A stretch of DNA of 64,000 bases. Origin: Planctomycetota bacterium (lineage in GTDB: Bacteria; Planctomycetota; GCA-002687715; CAIWVZ01). Below, one piece after another: positions 62,330 through 64,000 of this stretch. The stretch's first letter is position 1. Each line of letters opens with the position of its first letter. The notes below the pieces were generated by a model. That model did no database searches, was not told the origin of the DNA, and saw only the letters and a list, made by a program, of their open reading frames with translations. A program made the position numbers and the translations under genes. The DNA lies in assembly GCA_044222185.1 (NCBI GenBank), contig JBGANV010000001.1, forward strand, positions 320,001 to 384,000, in the 5' to 3' direction.

Positions 62330-63709
62330 TCAGAACCCGAGGACGAGGACGCCCGGATTCGCGAGGAACAGGTAGCCAGTCACGTCGTCCGCGGCCTGGA
62401 CGAGGACCGAACCGCCCTCGATGCCGTTGAACTGCGCCGGCAGCGTGAACCCGACCTGGAAGTAGCGGTTCGCGTCCGCCACGCCCGTCGTCAGGAACGC
62501 CGCCGCAGCCGGGTTCCCCGACATGAACTGGAGGGACGGCGCGTAGATCGACAGGCCGAACTCCGTGACGAGCGCGAGTCCGACCGGGTACCCGGCCTGC
62601 GCCGCCAGGTGCGACATGACGAGGACGCCGCCCGGCTGCGTCGAACCGAGCCAGCGGAACGTCGCCGGGGTGTCGACGATCGGGCCGTAGATGCCGCCGC
62701 CGGTCGTGAAGGCCGGCGAACCATTGCTGCCGACCGGTCCTCCGGCCTGGTTCTGCCCGGCCGGGCCAGGGATGAACGGCATGGGCTTCTTGTTCAGCAC
62801 CGTCGAGAAACCCGAGATGTCCGCAGCGTTGCCGCCGTTGCCCGAGGGGATGGTGGTCGAGGAACCGACACCGCGCCGGCCGCCCTGCCCACCGACCACG
62901 TAGCTCGTGTTCGTCGGGTCATCGACGATGGAGACGATGCTGCCGTTCAGCGCTCGGATGGCCGCGCCGCCTGCCGGCGTCGACGCGCTGGTCGTCCACG
63001 GACCACCGCCCGATCCACCGATGAGCTTGGGCCGCGCGAGGCACACGACCGACTGATCGAGGATCAGCATGGCGTCACCCGCGACCGGGAAGAAGTTCGG
63101 TTCGCCGTAGAGGTCGCCGCCCGCGATGTCCAGGTCGTTGCCCTGGATCCGCGAGTTGTAGACCGACATGCCGGGAATCGGCGGCAGTCCGCCCGGTTGG
63201 TGACGGATGCGCATCTCCTCGATGATGACGTTGGCGCAGGCTGCGATGACGGCACCGCCGTTGGCGAGGACCATGCGGTCGAGGACGAGGTTTCCGACGC
63301 AACCCGCAGCGCCAAAGCACAGGTCGCTCGCGGTGCCCGGACGGAGGATGACGAGACCGGAGAGAACTGCGGTCTGTCCGGCCGGCACGTTCTGGACGCT
63401 CACCTGGCCGTGAATGGCCGCGAGTGACGGATTGCTGGGAACGATCATCGGGTACTGGGTTGCGTTCCAGCCCACGATCGTGATTCCCGACGTCACGGCA
63501 ACGTTTTCGAAGTAGTTGCCGGCGCGGACGAGGATGCGGTCCCCCGGTGACGCTGCGGCGACCGCAGCGGAGATGGTCGTGAAATTGGTGCCGGGTCCGT
63601 TGTTGGCATCGACGATCCAGATCGCTGCCGGACACGACACGGCGAGAGCCACCGAGAGGAAGAAAACGATCCCACCGCGACGGGCAGGTTCGAACGTACG
63701 CATCTGCAT
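62330..63709 (-). CDS. Secreted pectin-lyase-like/beta-helix, Gly-rich protein with a conserved C-terminal domain
   Basis: Signal peptide; WIVDANNGPGTNFTTISAAVAAASPGDRILVRAGNY; GGxGG segments; ends GSVLVQAADD...LANPGVLVLGF; alternative start 63703. Confidence 0.8.
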   Translation of the reverse strand: MQMRTFEPARRGGIVFFLSVALAVSCPAAIWIVDANNGPGTNFTTISAAVAAASPGDRILVRAGNYFENVAVTSGITIVGWNATQYPMIVPSNPSLAAIHGQVSVQNVPAGQTAVLSGLVILRPGTASDLCFGAAGCVGNLVLDRMVLANGGAVIAACANVIIEEMRIRHQPGGLPPIPGMSVYNSRIQGNDLDIAGGDLYGEPNFFPVAGDAMLILDQSVVCLARPKLIGGSGGGPWTTSASTPAGGAAIRALNGSIVSIVDDPTNTSYVVGGQGGRRGVGSSTTIPSGNGGNAADISGFSTVLNKKPMPFIPGPAGQNQAGGPVGSNGSPAFTTGGGIYGPIVDTPATFRWLGSTQPGGVLVMSHLAAQAGYPVGLALVTEFGLSIYAPSLQFMSGNPAAAAFLTTGVADANRYFQVGFTLPAQFNGIEGGSVLVQAADDVTGYLFLANPGVLVLGF

Positions 63710-64000
63710 GATCTCCGTGTGACCAGGCCGGGATCCCCGACCGCATGGGCGGGTGAGTCCCGGGCGAGTTGGACTCCACAAGGCTCTCTTGGTGCGACAC
63801 TCGAGGTCGCCGCGCATCCGCAGGAATGCCGTCCCGACGAGGGGCGCACACCAGGCGCGATGTCGAAATCCGAGAGAGTCTATCCCAGGGGCGAGGCGGG
63901 GGCGCTCCGGCGGGAGCGATTCACTCCGGCCCCGTTGTACGGAAGAAAGGCGTTGCTGAGGGAGGTTTTTCAGAAAGTCGCGGTATCGATCGCCGCCGGC

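Overview
High-GC (roughly 68-70% by eye) bacterial chromosome segment. It is most consistent with a Planctomycetota genome, inferred from the ECF sigma/Ser-Thr kinase-FGE module, DDGxGPAL repeat proteins and the dnaX-ybaB-recR-rpoN order. From left to right it contains: (1) an operon of at least six amidohydrolase-fold paralogs (seven domains), only one with an intact metal site, followed by a REP/BIME-like tandem repeat; (2) an ArnT/PMT-type GT-C, GT2 and double LAB_N trio, then tRNA-Arg(ACG); (3) an accessory-looking stretch (about 13.5-36 kb) with an ECF sigma, a kinase, membrane proteins, a decayed intradiol dioxygenase and many secreted proteins; (4) housekeeping genes (ybaK, an orphan N4-C-type MTase, a galacturonokinase-like kinase, mutY, an MscK-like channel, tadA, two tRNA-Ser, SRP RNA, dnaX, ybaB, recR, rpoN); (5) a propionyl-CoA/methylmalonyl-CoA cluster with a HAD phosphatase, M20 peptidase and miaE. 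The best candidates for undescribed biology are: a shared ~110-140 aa C-terminal domain on six otherwise unrelated secreted proteins (a possible sorting or secretion tag); the mostly pseudo-catalytic amidohydrolase array; and a recurring x-[ST]-[RK]-P motif in exported proteins next to lipid-linked glycosyltransferases. No integrase, transposase, CRISPR array or rRNA was seen. All calls come from motif reading by eye; no database search was run.
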